Positions 20,168-32,780 of a stretch of DNA of 64,000 nucleotides are shown here, one piece after another. Below the pieces are notes generated by a model. It did no database searches, was not told the DNA's origin, and was given only the letters and a program-made list of their open reading frames with translations. A program made the translations under genes and the position numbers. Source of the stretch: the human T2T-CHM13v2.0 reference genome, Homo sapiens; the NCBI RefSeq assembly GCF_009914755.1, contig NC_060930.1. One strand, given 5' to 3'. Each line of letters opens with the position of its first letter. Position 1 is the first letter of the stretch.

Positions 20168-20327
20168 CAGTGATTCCAAAAGAGGAGTCAACAGGAAGAC
20201 TGTGTGAGCTTGAGCATGGAAAACTAGGCTATCCTTTGTTCTGAAGAGACCTTATACCTCTTCTTGCCCTTGCCCTATGTCTGTCAAGGTTACCAGGAAA
20301 ATACAAGAGTTTCTATCATTCCTTTCT
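20168..20327 (+). repeat. 160-bp local direct duplication, copy B
   Basis: 150/160 identical to 17675-17834. Confidence 0.97.
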
Positions 20328-21275
20328 GATTCCAAATGAGGTTTTTCTTGAGAAAAATCCCCATAATTAGAGATGTATATCAGTAACATGATATAAGGGG
20401 AAAACAAATTTCTGTTAAGAACCCTGAGTCTCCGTAAATACATTTATACATTTTTAGTCTACTAGGTAAGATTTGCCTATTTATCAGCTGCTGCCAAATA
20501 TGTAGCAATTGTTCTAATTTATAGAAAACTTCTATTGAAATGTGTAGCTATAGGCAAGCCTATGAAGCTCCTCACATTTCAGCAAAACAGTGAGTCTTGT
20601 CATAATGCACTGATATCTGCAAGATGCTAAGTACTATTACAGGTCTGGTCATGCCTAGCAATCATGTGATGAATGAGAGCATATCACAGAAAACAAAATA
20701 TGTATGAAAACAACATTCATTTTAAGAAAAAATATGAGATAAAACATGACGACATATTTTGTTGACAAGCAAAAGAGAGAGAGCCTTCGCCTCTCTTCCC
20801 CACACTCAGCATCTCTGCCAGCATGGATCTTTGAAAGACCTGACCATTGCATAGGTAATTTATGCAGCTCTTGTAACACCCAGACACTAATGCAAATTCC
20901 CTGCTTAATAATGCTGACCTTCACTGCACCAAATCAGGGCCTAGCAACCAGAAATTTCCCTTCAATCTTGCATGGAGGAGTTAACATTTTAAAGCCTGTC
21001 ATCCTGCATAGGCAGCTACCATTTAACTGTCATCAATACAGCTTTTAGAATTTAAATTGAGTAGCATATAAAATACTCCTTAGCTGCAGGTAATTGTAGT
21101 TTATAATTTGTTTCCTCCTTTGAATGTTCTACTGCAAGATTCTGTGCATTCTCAGTTTTGAAGAGTGGGTCAAGAAATATGGTTTGATAAATAAACCAAG
21201 GCTAAGCCTAAAACCTTTGACTTAAATTACATTGAAGTTTTAGAACTGTATTGCACTTGTTTTTAACTGCTTTAG

Positions 21276-21687
21276 TGTAATAATTTGCTATGGCTGCCAT
21301 AACAAAAAACTACAGACTGGGGTGGCTTAAGCAACAGAAATTTGTTTTCTTTCAGTTTTGGAGACTGGAAGTCCAAGCCAAGATGCCAGTAGGTTTGGTT
21401 TCTTCTGAGACCTGTCTTCTTGGTTTGCAGATGGCCACTCTCTTGCTGGGTCTTCACATGGTTTTTCCTTTGCATATGCACATTTCTGCTGTCAATTTGG
21501 GTGGCTGAATATCTTCTTTTTATGAGGACACCAGCCAGATGAGATTTGGGACCACCCTAATGGCCTTATTTTAATTGAATCACCTCTTTAAAAGCCCCAT
21601 ATCTAAATACAGTCCCATTCTGAGATACTGGGGGTTAGGGCTTCAACAAAGGAATTGTACAGAAGGACACAATTTAAGCCCATCATA
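21276..21687 (-). mobile_element. MLT1B-like MaLR LTR
   Basis: ggctgccataacaaaaaactacagactggggtggcttaagcaacagaaattt...cattctgagatactgggggttagggcttcaac. Confidence 0.9.
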
Positions 21688-21856
21688 TTTAGTACACAGA
21701 ATATGATACAGCCTTTTCATGATCACTCAGAATCTCAGTGTTAGCCATTCATATGTTTTTCCATGTGGTCAGCATATAGAGAGTGAGGGGGTTATGGATC
21801 GTACTTTTTTAGAGAAGTCCCTAGAATCACTTTGCCGCCTGGAAGCCATAGACCTT

Positions 21857-22060
21857 TGCTGTTCATTACTGGAGTCACTAGCTACATGTGGCTATTTACA
21901 TTCAAATTAACTAAACTTTAAAACATTAAAAACTTAATTCCTCATTTGCACTAGTAACATTTTGAGGGTTCAGTAGCCAGATGTGGCTAGTGGCCACCAT
22001 ACTGGGAAGTGCCAATATCGAATATTTTTATTATCACAAAATTCTATTAGACAGTGCTGC
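21857..22060 (-). mobile_element. MER3 (hAT-Charlie)
   Basis: cactagctacatgtggctattt...gtggctagtggccaccatactgg...ttctattagacagtgctg. Confidence 0.85.
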
Positions 22061-22621
22061 TGGACTATTGCGGCTTTCCTGTTGAAATGAACTTGTCCCA
22101 TTTTTACCTGTTATATCTTCAAGAGAGCTTGACACAACCAGAGTCCCCAGGAGCTATGCTATTTTACCCTGTGTTTTGTTCCCTTTCTCTTTATCATGGT
22201 CATCTCAATTCCTCACTGTCATTGTTTTTGGTCACTGCCTTTACTCTTCATCATATTTTCTCCTAATTCCACTTTTCTGCCTTTTAATTTCTTGCTTTTT
22301 TTCGTTCTCACTCACTCTTTTCTTTGGCTTCATTTTCTCCTATCCTTTTCTTTGTTGGAATGGCACAGTTTTGCTCTGAATGGTTTTGTCAACCCGTGAA
22401 AAATTCCCTTTCTTCTAGTCAGTAAATACCATTAATCTTTATGTCGTTGGCTACTCTTGAAATTTTATTGGTGTTGCAATCAGATCTGCATCTTAGTTTA
22501 AGAGTGCCTCATGTCTGAATAGTGGATAAGATGGCCACATATTGTGTCTGGAAAGCACAGCAATTGCAGGAAGTTTGTTTCCTCTTATTCCTCTTTTTGA
22601 CTCTGGTATCAGCTCCCGAGA

Positions 22622-22836
22622 GGAAGGAAGGGCTCTGGAGTCAGTCTGCCTGAGTTCAAATTGTGTTATCATCACCTACTAGCTATTAGGTTTTAGCAGG
22701 ATTTAAGTTCAGTTTTTTCATTTGTAAAATGGAGTTTAAGAACAATATTTACCTTATAAAGTTGTTAGGATTAAATAAATTGACTTGAGAAAATGGTGTC
22801 TACAATATAACTCAATAGGTGGGAGCAGTTATTATT
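22622..22836 (+). mobile_element. MIR
   Basis: gggctctggagtcagtctgcctgagttcaaat...cagttttttcatttgtaaaatgg. Confidence 0.85.
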
Positions 22837-24614
22837 TCTCAGGAAAAGTTTAGCTCTTTACAAGATTGCTATTGACCTTGTCCACTGCACAGTACTGAGA
22901 GTGATTCCAAGCAGAGGAACATTTTTTTTTTCCATGTAGACTCTTTTTGGTGCACCTATTTCATACTCAATTTCTGCTAGGCATTCCATCCATTCGATCA
23001 GTCTGCCGTCTATCTACAGAAACAAGGTTTAAGCACAGATTAGTATAAGACTGGGAATAATCTGATGCTAAATCATATTCAACAGAAACTATATTTTGTA
23101 AAGTTTGGTAAAGATTGTGCTTAGTGTGACCTGGACTCATCAGGAAAGCCTTCAGAGGTCCCAGAAAAGAATAATTTTCCTTCCATAGAAGAAAAGGAGG
23201 AGAAATCAGAGCCATGTGAGGAAGATGTTGAACCAAGGTAGAGAGACTGGACTGAACATAGAGATGAAGCCCTGGGTAGGGAAACAGGATAGATGAATGG
23301 GGGTAAGAGTGAGCAGACTGGCAGGTACAGGAGTCAAAATCTGTGTGGGGACCAGAAGGGGACATTTTAGTTATCTCAGTGTCTCAATGTAAGTAATTTC
23401 CTATATAATTTTAAAAAAATATATGCTGTAATGTATTTTTGATTGTTTAATTTATTAAGCTCCCTTTCAATGACTTTATTTCTAAGTTAGAGCCTTTCAA
23501 ATTCTCATCTCCCCTCAGGTTTTTAAGAATGAGTTCATCTTAGCATCATCCACATATGTAACGAAAATTCACCAACATGTCAAATATGTCATTAACAAAA
23601 TATCAAATTGCAGTGAACCTCCCATTGACCAGAAGAACATTAAATAACTCATGTGTAGAACAAGATGTAATTGTTCATCATTCTTCAAGATGAATATATG
23701 TGAAGAGAAATTCAAACAATCAGTTTATTTCAAATCTACATTTATTTTGTACCATCTATGCATCAGAAAAATATACTTGATATTTAAAAGTATACAATAG
23801 AAATATAAGAAATACCTTTACCTTCAAATAGTAATAAAACACTTATGCAAAGAGAAACAACTAAATGATATCAAGTGATTTACGTTTAAATGACAAAGTG
23901 AATAGTATAGTATTAACTGGTATGAAATCTTATTAATGGGAGAGATTAAGGGATGTTGAGAAATATCATCATAAGAGTTGCTGATATTTGAGTATACCTT
24001 AAAAATGTGTAGCATTTAGTTAGGTGAAAAGAAAAAAGCCACTCTTCTTGCTAGGGAAAAACATTATGAATAGAGTACAGAGGCAAGAATGAGCCAGAGT
24101 TCTCCTGGGCAGTGTGAAAAACAGAGGCCAGAGTCACACTGGACAGTCTGCAAAGATAAGGTTTTTGGATAGAAAATTAAAGGTGAGACTTCAGTGATAG
24201 ATGGATATTTTTTCTCTGAAACACAAATCTTCAATAAGTATTTACCCCAGGTGGCAAAGCATGACTCTCTGACAAAATCATAGAAACATCCTAAATGGTC
24301 AAAGTACCTACTGTAATGCAGAGTATAGTGTTAGTTATTGCAGTTTTTTAACAGGTGCACATTATCAAAATTAGTGACCTGGGATGGAGAGTTGTAGTCC
24401 CTGAAATACATATTCCAAAGTGGCTACTCAGATACTAATTGGTTTTATCCAATTTTGCCTTATTCATCATAACCTTTCTCTTAAATTCTTACTTTCTTCT
24501 TTCCCTGTTTTACTTTTCTACTTTTACTTATCTAACTACCTTTTTCCATATGTCTCCTAGAATTTAGTGATACCCAAGGACATTTTTAGTTTCAAGCTAA
24601 TAAAATTTCTTCTT

Positions 24615-24760
24615 TCTAATTCATTTACTCAGCAAATATTTATTGAATACCTACCGTGTTCTGGGAAACTAGTCTAAACAGATTGTTTAATGAACCAAAT
24701 AGATTTAAAAATCTCTGCCCTTAGAGAGCTTTAATTTAGGTAAGTAGAGAGAGATAATGA
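24615..24760 (-). mobile_element. L2 3' end
   Basis: attcatttactcagcaaatatttattgaatacctaccgtg...ctctgcccttagagagctt. Confidence 0.75.
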
Positions 24761-24779
24761 AAGGAAATCATGAAATATC

Positions 24780-24900
24780 CTCATTATTATTCCATTTTAA
24801 AGGTGAAAGAACTCATATTCAGAGAGATTAGGCGAATTTCCCGAGATCATGTAGTTACTAACCACCAAAATAAAGCTGAAACTCTTATGTATTCAGTCGC
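24780..24900 (-). mobile_element. MIR core fragment
   Basis: attattattccattttaaaggtgaaagaactcatattcagagagattagg...ccgagatcat. Confidence 0.7.
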
Positions 24901-25181
24901 AATTACTTACAGTGAAATAAATGATTACTAAATTGTATACACATAAATCTTCAGTTGGCTTTTGGCACCTGAGATACACATCTGTTGCCTCCATCAATTC
25001 TACACATTCTTTGTGTCTTTGTTTTGAAAGACTGGCGTTAAAGCTTCAATGAGAAGCAGCATGAGGATCTCTAGAGTTAGACTCTATTACTAATCTTTGT
25101 GTCTCTGCAGAATACACAAATTGAGAATAGGTGGTAATTTGATCATGTTCCACTTAGCTCCACCCTTGACAGTTACTGGAT

Positions 25182-25202
25182 ATCAGCACCCTGGACAGCC
25201 GC
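25182..25202 (+). promoter_or_regulatory. RE1/NRSE (REST binding site)
   Basis: ATCAGCACCCTGGACAGCCGC versus consensus TTCAGCACCnnGGACAGCGCC; both half-sites intact with the canonical 2-bp spacer. Confidence 0.8.
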
Positions 25203-25870
25203 TCTTCAGCCAACCCCTTTCAAAGTGATTCTCAATAAAATACTGCACACTATCTTCTCTTCTTCTGCATTTTAAGTATAATATGGCTATTATGACATTT
25301 CCCTACAGCTAATTGTCCAGAACATATCTAACCTCTATGTACTCAATTAGTTAAGTGGTAAAAAGTGCATAAGAATGACATTTGAATTTAACATTCCAAA
25401 CAGAACATCTGGTTTAAGTGAGTCAAATAATAAAATTTGCACAGTTTTGCACCACCACGTGGTGGTATTTTCTTATTTATATATTATTTATATTTATTGA
25501 CCATGACTGCCTTAAATGAATTGTCAAAAATTTGAACATCATATAAATATTTGGATGTATAGAAATTAGAAGCCAAGGAAATTCCCTGATCTAAATATAC
25601 CCTACAAATATGAATGTTCACTGGCTGACAGGATTGTAATTTAGATAACTTCACTACAGTGAGAAAAATAAAGCCACTTTGGAAAGGGAGTCCAGCCTCC
25701 CAAAATAGAGAGGCTGTTTGCAAAGAAATTCAGGAAATGAACGCAAGACAATAGGTTTCTTCATTTGGAATTGTGAGGCGGTAAATTCCTTATTATTTAT
25801 AAGAGGAACAGTAGACTTCTATGCTGGCATTTTGATAAATGATAAGACTTAGTGGAAAGAAAGCTTGTGA

Positions 25871-26328
<458 letters not shown>

Positions 26329-27016
26329 CCAACATTTGTAAATTTTAGAATCAATCACTTACATAAGGTAAATGTACCTATAACTCATTGCTAAAAGATA
26401 AAACAAATAAACTAGCCAATGCAAAAGAAAGAAGGAAGGAGGGAAAAAAAAGAAGGAAGAAAGGAAATGAATTATGGGAAGAAGGAAAGACTCTTAACTT
26501 CCATTATGAAGAAATCTTGGTGGCAAAACGAATGAAGTGAATTTTCTAATTTCTTCAGTGCCACCTAATTTCATACACATAATGTATACAACATATAATT
26601 TGAAGTGCCAGTATGTGGTAGGCACTGTGTAGGGCAGTGTAAAAATTGTATATGACCAGAAAACTTTTCAGCTTTGAAATCTCCATTCCTTCAATGTATT
26701 GGTTGCTTTGACACAGTATAAAACTGACCATTTCCAAGGCTGGCAAAGTCCCTGTCTATGATCAGCTTCTCAGAAAAGATATCCAACCATCCTGTAAAAT
26801 GGAGCAATCTGCCTATGAATCAGCTATGGAATTGGGAACTGTAGGTGTCACGACTGTGTCTGTGCACTTTAGTCTTTTTACAGTTTGTGTCAGTGAGGTC
26901 TTGTGGAAATAACTAGAACTTAAACAGGATCCAGTGTTCAAACACTTCAAAGTGCAGAAACGCCTCCAAAGATCCACAGCACCGCTTTGTAGGGAAGGTA
27001 CAGACAGGAAAGTCAC

Positions 27017-27233
27017 ATAGAAAGAGCAGATGTCTTTGGCTTAGTTTAGAATTGTAGCTCTGTTTCTTCCTAGTTCCTAGTTCTTTGGCAAATAACTTAA
27101 ATGCACTGAGCCTTAGATTGCTTACCTGCAGCATGGGGTAGTTATATTTACCTCAGTACCTCAATGTGAGGATTACATAAGGCTGTTTATGTGAAAGCAC
27201 TGTATAAATTCTAAATCACTCTAGAAATATTAT
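27017..27233 (+). mobile_element. MIR (MIR3/MIRc-like)
   Basis: ttggcaaataacttaaatgcactgagcctt...gtgaggattacataag...tgtgaaagcactgtataaa. Confidence 0.7.
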
Positions 27234-27370
27234 AAGAGATAGTATATGCCTAAGCGATGAACAGAATGGCAAAGATAAAGATAGAACAATATGTCTGCAC
27301 AGTTTTTGTTGTGTAGTAAAATGCAGTGCAAATCTAAGGCCTTACTCTTCACCATGGCCTATGCATATAG

Positions 27371-27686
<316 letters not shown>

Positions 27687-27799
27687 TGGAAATTTCAAGA
27701 CCAAATTTTTGTTAATGAATATGGTGGAGAAAAAGTAATGAAATAATGGAATGTTCTGCTTTATCTTTTCCACCTATTCATTTTAGCCTGGCAAGTGAA

Positions 27800-28022
27800 T
27801 GTGTACAGAAATGTGTGTGTGGAGGGGGTGTGAGTGTATAGTATATGTGTGTGGCTATGTGTGTATAACCGTGTAGTGTGTGTATGCACATGTCTGTTGT
27901 GTGTGTGATATATGCATTTGTGTGGTTGTGATGTGTTTGTCTATGGTGTGTGTCTGCCTGGTACATGTGACATGTGAGAATGGGGGGTCTGCATGTGGAT
28001 AGTGGGGTGTTGTGTGTGTGTA
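27800..28022. repeat. Degenerate TG-rich low-complexity tract
   Basis: Interrupted (TG)n over about 220 bp. Confidence 0.85.
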
Positions 28023-29250
28023 TATCTGACATAAGGCTCTGGAACTGATATTTTAATTGTACTTAAATGTACAATTAAAAGAAAAGAATTTCAGTGAGTC
28101 CATTTATTCATATTTTTTATTTTTTTATTCTTGTATTCTTGTGTCACAATTTGAATTCTTCTCATTCCCACATATGCCCTTGGGCCTAAAGTTGTCTTGG
28201 CCCAACAACAGTAAACAGGCAATGTCTAAATTAAATATTAAGGTCTGACCTTTCTTTTTCCATCTCATAAAGAACATATAAAGGCTAAATACTAAAGATT
28301 GTGGGACTAAAAGCTTTTCAGAGAAGCTGTGCTGATTTGGTTCACATTTATATTTTTGTATATGGGACATTTACATTTGTTCTAAATATTCCTGTAAAAC
28401 ATCCCAGACTTTTATCACCTTCAAACTGTATGATATTTAAGACATTTAATTTACTCATGTAGGATGAAAAATAATTGAGATAATTTAGCTGATAGTTGTT
28501 TAAAATATATATTTATTTCAAATTTCTACCAAAGTGGTATATGGCTCTAACTCTTCTAATAGGTCACTTTAAAATTCTTATTCTCTGGCTTTTTTCCTGC
28601 AGTAAATCACTATTGATTGATAATCTTATGGCATGAAGTAGTATAATGATGTACTTCTAGCATTTAAAGAAAGAGATTAAAGTTTTTTTGATAGTAATAA
28701 TTGCCCTTTTACTTTAAAAATTGTGTTTCTGAAAATGATGTTATTCTGATCTCAAGTGGCATCCTATTCAGCTTTCATGCAACAGTGAGCATCGAATTGA
28801 GGTAGAAAGTACATGCACACAGCTTTTTATTAGAGATTTTTAAAAGAACACTATAGAAAGTGTTCAGTAGAGAATATGACTTAAACTGTGCATTTATTTG
28901 AAACATTAGGCAAACCAAATGGAGCTATTTTGCCAATTTAGCCATTGCATAGACTGGTGGCTTTACCCTTTCTATTTTTCAGTGTCTAAGATCAGGTACT
29001 CTTTGGTAACATGGTACAACTGGCTGGTCTAATACTTCCAAAATCCCTGAAGCCTTAAGTAAGGTCAGAAAATGTCCTCAATATAGGCCAGTGAAAATAT
29101 TACTAATTTAGGATTTCCTTTCAGTTATTAAAATATACATACACATTAATATATGTTAACTAGGAAATAAAAAATTTCTATGTGGAGTTGTCAGGAGGAA
29201 AGGCCACAGATCACATGCCTTCTTCCTAATGCATTTCTGATTGCCAGCAT

Positions 29251-29252
<2 letters not shown>

Positions 29253-29281
<29 letters not shown>
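29253..29281. repeat. (TG)n microsatellite
   Basis: Read directly from the sequence. Confidence 0.95.
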
Positions 29282-29283
<2 letters not shown>

Positions 29284-29397
29284 GCATTTAAAAGAAAGAG
29301 ATTAAAGTTGTTTTAATCTCATTTTAGGCTGGCAAGTGAAAATGTTGCTTTGTTGTATTATTTGACTTTATTCTTTCTTTCTTGCTAGCTAGCTTCA

Positions 29398-29512
29398 TTT
29401 TTAGAGGTGGGGTCTTGCTTTCTGGCCCAGGCTGGAGTGCAGTGGCACAATCACAGCTCACTATATCCTTGAACTCCTGGGCTCAAGGGATCCTCCTACC
29501 TCAGCCTCCCAA
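29398..29512 (-). mobile_element. FLAM/AluJ-like monomer fragment
   Basis: ggggtcttgct...cccaggctggagtgcagtggcacaatcacagctcac...gaactcctgggctcaagggatcctcc. Confidence 0.85.
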
Positions 29513-30274
29513 CTCTTGTTTTTTACTCTGTTTCTGACTATTACTACTGCTAAGAATATATTGAAGTAGTAAAAACCCATTTTTCAAAACAAATGTCTTA
29601 TATAGGCTTTCATAAACAAATTAATAACCTTTTATAAACTAAATTGATGTATGTTGTGTTCCTTTACTTAACTGATTAAAAGGTTAGAACAATGCAAAAG
29701 TGCTTGATGGTTATAATGTGTACACTAAAGCTGACATACTGGCTGATGACTGGCAAAAGCATTAGCAAGTCCAATCAATGCGACCAAATATCTGAAAGGA
29801 AAAATGTTTATTACTTTTGCCTAGTAGGAATAGAGATAAAGAAGGTAGACTACAGAAAAACCTAGGTTTTTCAGGAGTCTAGGAAGTCTATCATCCTATT
29901 TTCTTTTCTCCTGTATCCCCACTACTGCTTCTCAATTTTACCCTCAAAATACAAATCTAATGATCAATGCACATAAAACTGTTGGGAAGGTGCTAAATGA
30001 AGGTGGTCATAAATACTAAGGCACAAATTTGACCTGTGGTAAACTAGTGATGACACCGGTTGCTGAACATATATGTTCACTGGTCCCTGCTCTGCACATA
30101 CGTTGTATAGTTTCCATGTGTTCATAACTCAGAGATGATTCTTTTGTATTTTTAGTGCCTAGAAACCATAACATGATTACTGGTTGATTGTTTAGAAAAA
30201 CCAGTTCTTTCTCCGCCACCTTAGGTTTCCCCAAATCATGTGTATATACATCATTCTTTCCCTAAAAGACTCAC

Positions 30275-30974
<700 letters not shown>

Positions 30975-31338
30975 ATAGGTCACATTCAAATAAAACTAAT
31001 ATATGTTTCAGCTACTACCTGTCATACAGCAGATGCTTAATAAAATATAGCTATTATTAATCACAAAAATGTTATTTTACCTATCTTGCTTATATAAGTC
31101 TCTATAATATGTTATATTGAAGTAGTAGGAGACAGAGACAAGCAGTAGTTACAGAGAGTTCTGCTTTGCTGTCATCCATAGGGAATTCAGAATCCATTAT
31201 TCCTGCTGGAAAATAAGTACAAACAAGCTTAGTCAGGGGTAATATTAGGCACCTATATAGTGTCCTTCATACAGCACAGTCTTAATCAGTGCTCGCTCAT
31301 TGTACTGATGAAAATATTGAGTAATTACTTCATCTTCC

Positions 31339-31696
31339 TCTATCAGTCCTTTTTCACACTGCTATAAAGAACTGCCCGAGGTTGGGTAATTAATAAAGAA
31401 AAGAAGTTTAATCAACTCACAGTTCCACGTATCTGGGGAGGCCTCAGGAAACTTAGAATCATGGTGGAAGGGAAAGCAGGCATATCTTACATGGCAGGTG
31501 AGAGAGAGTGTGTATAGGAGGAAATGATAAACACTTATAAAACCATCAGCTCTCGTGAGAACTCACTGTCACGAGAACAGCATGGGGGGGATCTGCCCCC
31601 ATGATCCAATCACCTCACACCAGGTCTGTCCCTCAACACCTGGGGATCACAATTCAAGATGAGATTTGGGTGGGGACACAAATTCTAACCACATCA
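31339..31696 (-). mobile_element. THE1C/THE1D-like solo LTR
   Basis: gctataaagaactgcccgag...ggggaggcctcaggaaactt...caattcaagatgagatttgggtggggacaca...catca. Confidence 0.93.
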
Positions 31697-32417
31697 CTCC
31701 CCTCTGGCCCCCCGTGATTAGGTTATGATCTGGTAACTTTTGCAACAGACCATGGAGAAGACAGAACTGTTATGGTACCCTGGCAAGGTTAGAAGCCTAA
31801 CTGAAAGCAAATGCTCCAAGCACATCAAAATGTTTTAATATTGATAGCAGAAAACACTTGTTTTGGTTGACATTTAAATTATATCTGAATATAAGGCTCT
31901 AACATACAAAATAGTACATAAAGTAATAATTCAGAAAATGTCAAAATTCATAATGGCTTATTCTCACTTGGGTATGACATTTCTCAAAAGACTGAAATAT
32001 CTCTTTGCAATTTGGTTGTTAGAGCTCTAACCTAAATTCATACAAAGTGAACATTCAATGCTAAAATTTCCATTTTTTAATGTATTACATTGGAAATATA
32101 ATATGAAGCAGCCATCGTTGCCTTAAAATACCATCCTACTGTATGTTCAAATAGTGGTATTACACAATGGCTTTTTTGAACAGAAGTCTTAAATTCATGG
32201 ATCTATTAGATGGGAAGATTATTTTAGGTAAACTATAACTTTTTATTTAAAAAGGGGGGTTAGGAAGTAGACTCTGTAATTAGTTATAAGAGGCCATCAT
32301 TTACCATTTCTTGACATAAGATTCATCCCCAAAGGAAAGTAATATATTATTTGAATTTGAATTTTTATAATGCACATAGTATTTACATTATTTGTAGTAT
32401 TTACTTTTTTGTAGTAT

Positions 32418-32780
32418 AAACTTTTTATTAACATAAAACACACCTATAGAAAAGTGCACAAATTATAAATATACGACTCAATGAATTTTGCAAAGCTAAT
32501 CTACCTGTGTAACTAGCACTCAGGCTTAAATACATGATGCTATCAGTATCCCAAGAAGCTCATGCTTCCAGTCACTAACGCGTTGTCCCAAGAGTAAGAA
32601 CTACCTTGACCCTCAGTACCATACACTACTTTTGCTTCCTTTTGAACTTTATGTAAATAGTATCACATAGGAGCTTTAATATATATTGATAGATTTCCAA
32701 AGCAGTTGTAAAAAATCATACTCCTGTCAACAGAGTATCAGAGATCCAGTTGCTCCCATACTCACCAACACTTAAGAGTG
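32418..32780 (-). mobile_element. L1ME 3' fragment
   Basis: agaaaagtgcacaaattataaatatacgactcaatgaatttt...tttgaactttatgtaaatagtatcac...ccagttgctcccatactcaccaacactt. Confidence 0.75.

Noticed and set aside
25451-25466. Perfect 16-bp palindrome ACCACCACGTGGTGGT with an E-box core
   Set aside because: About one 8-bp-arm palindrome is expected by chance in 64 kb (64000/4^8).
26884-26997. Possible + strand exon (tttttacag...AAG|gtacag)
   Set aside because: Weak donor and no independent support.
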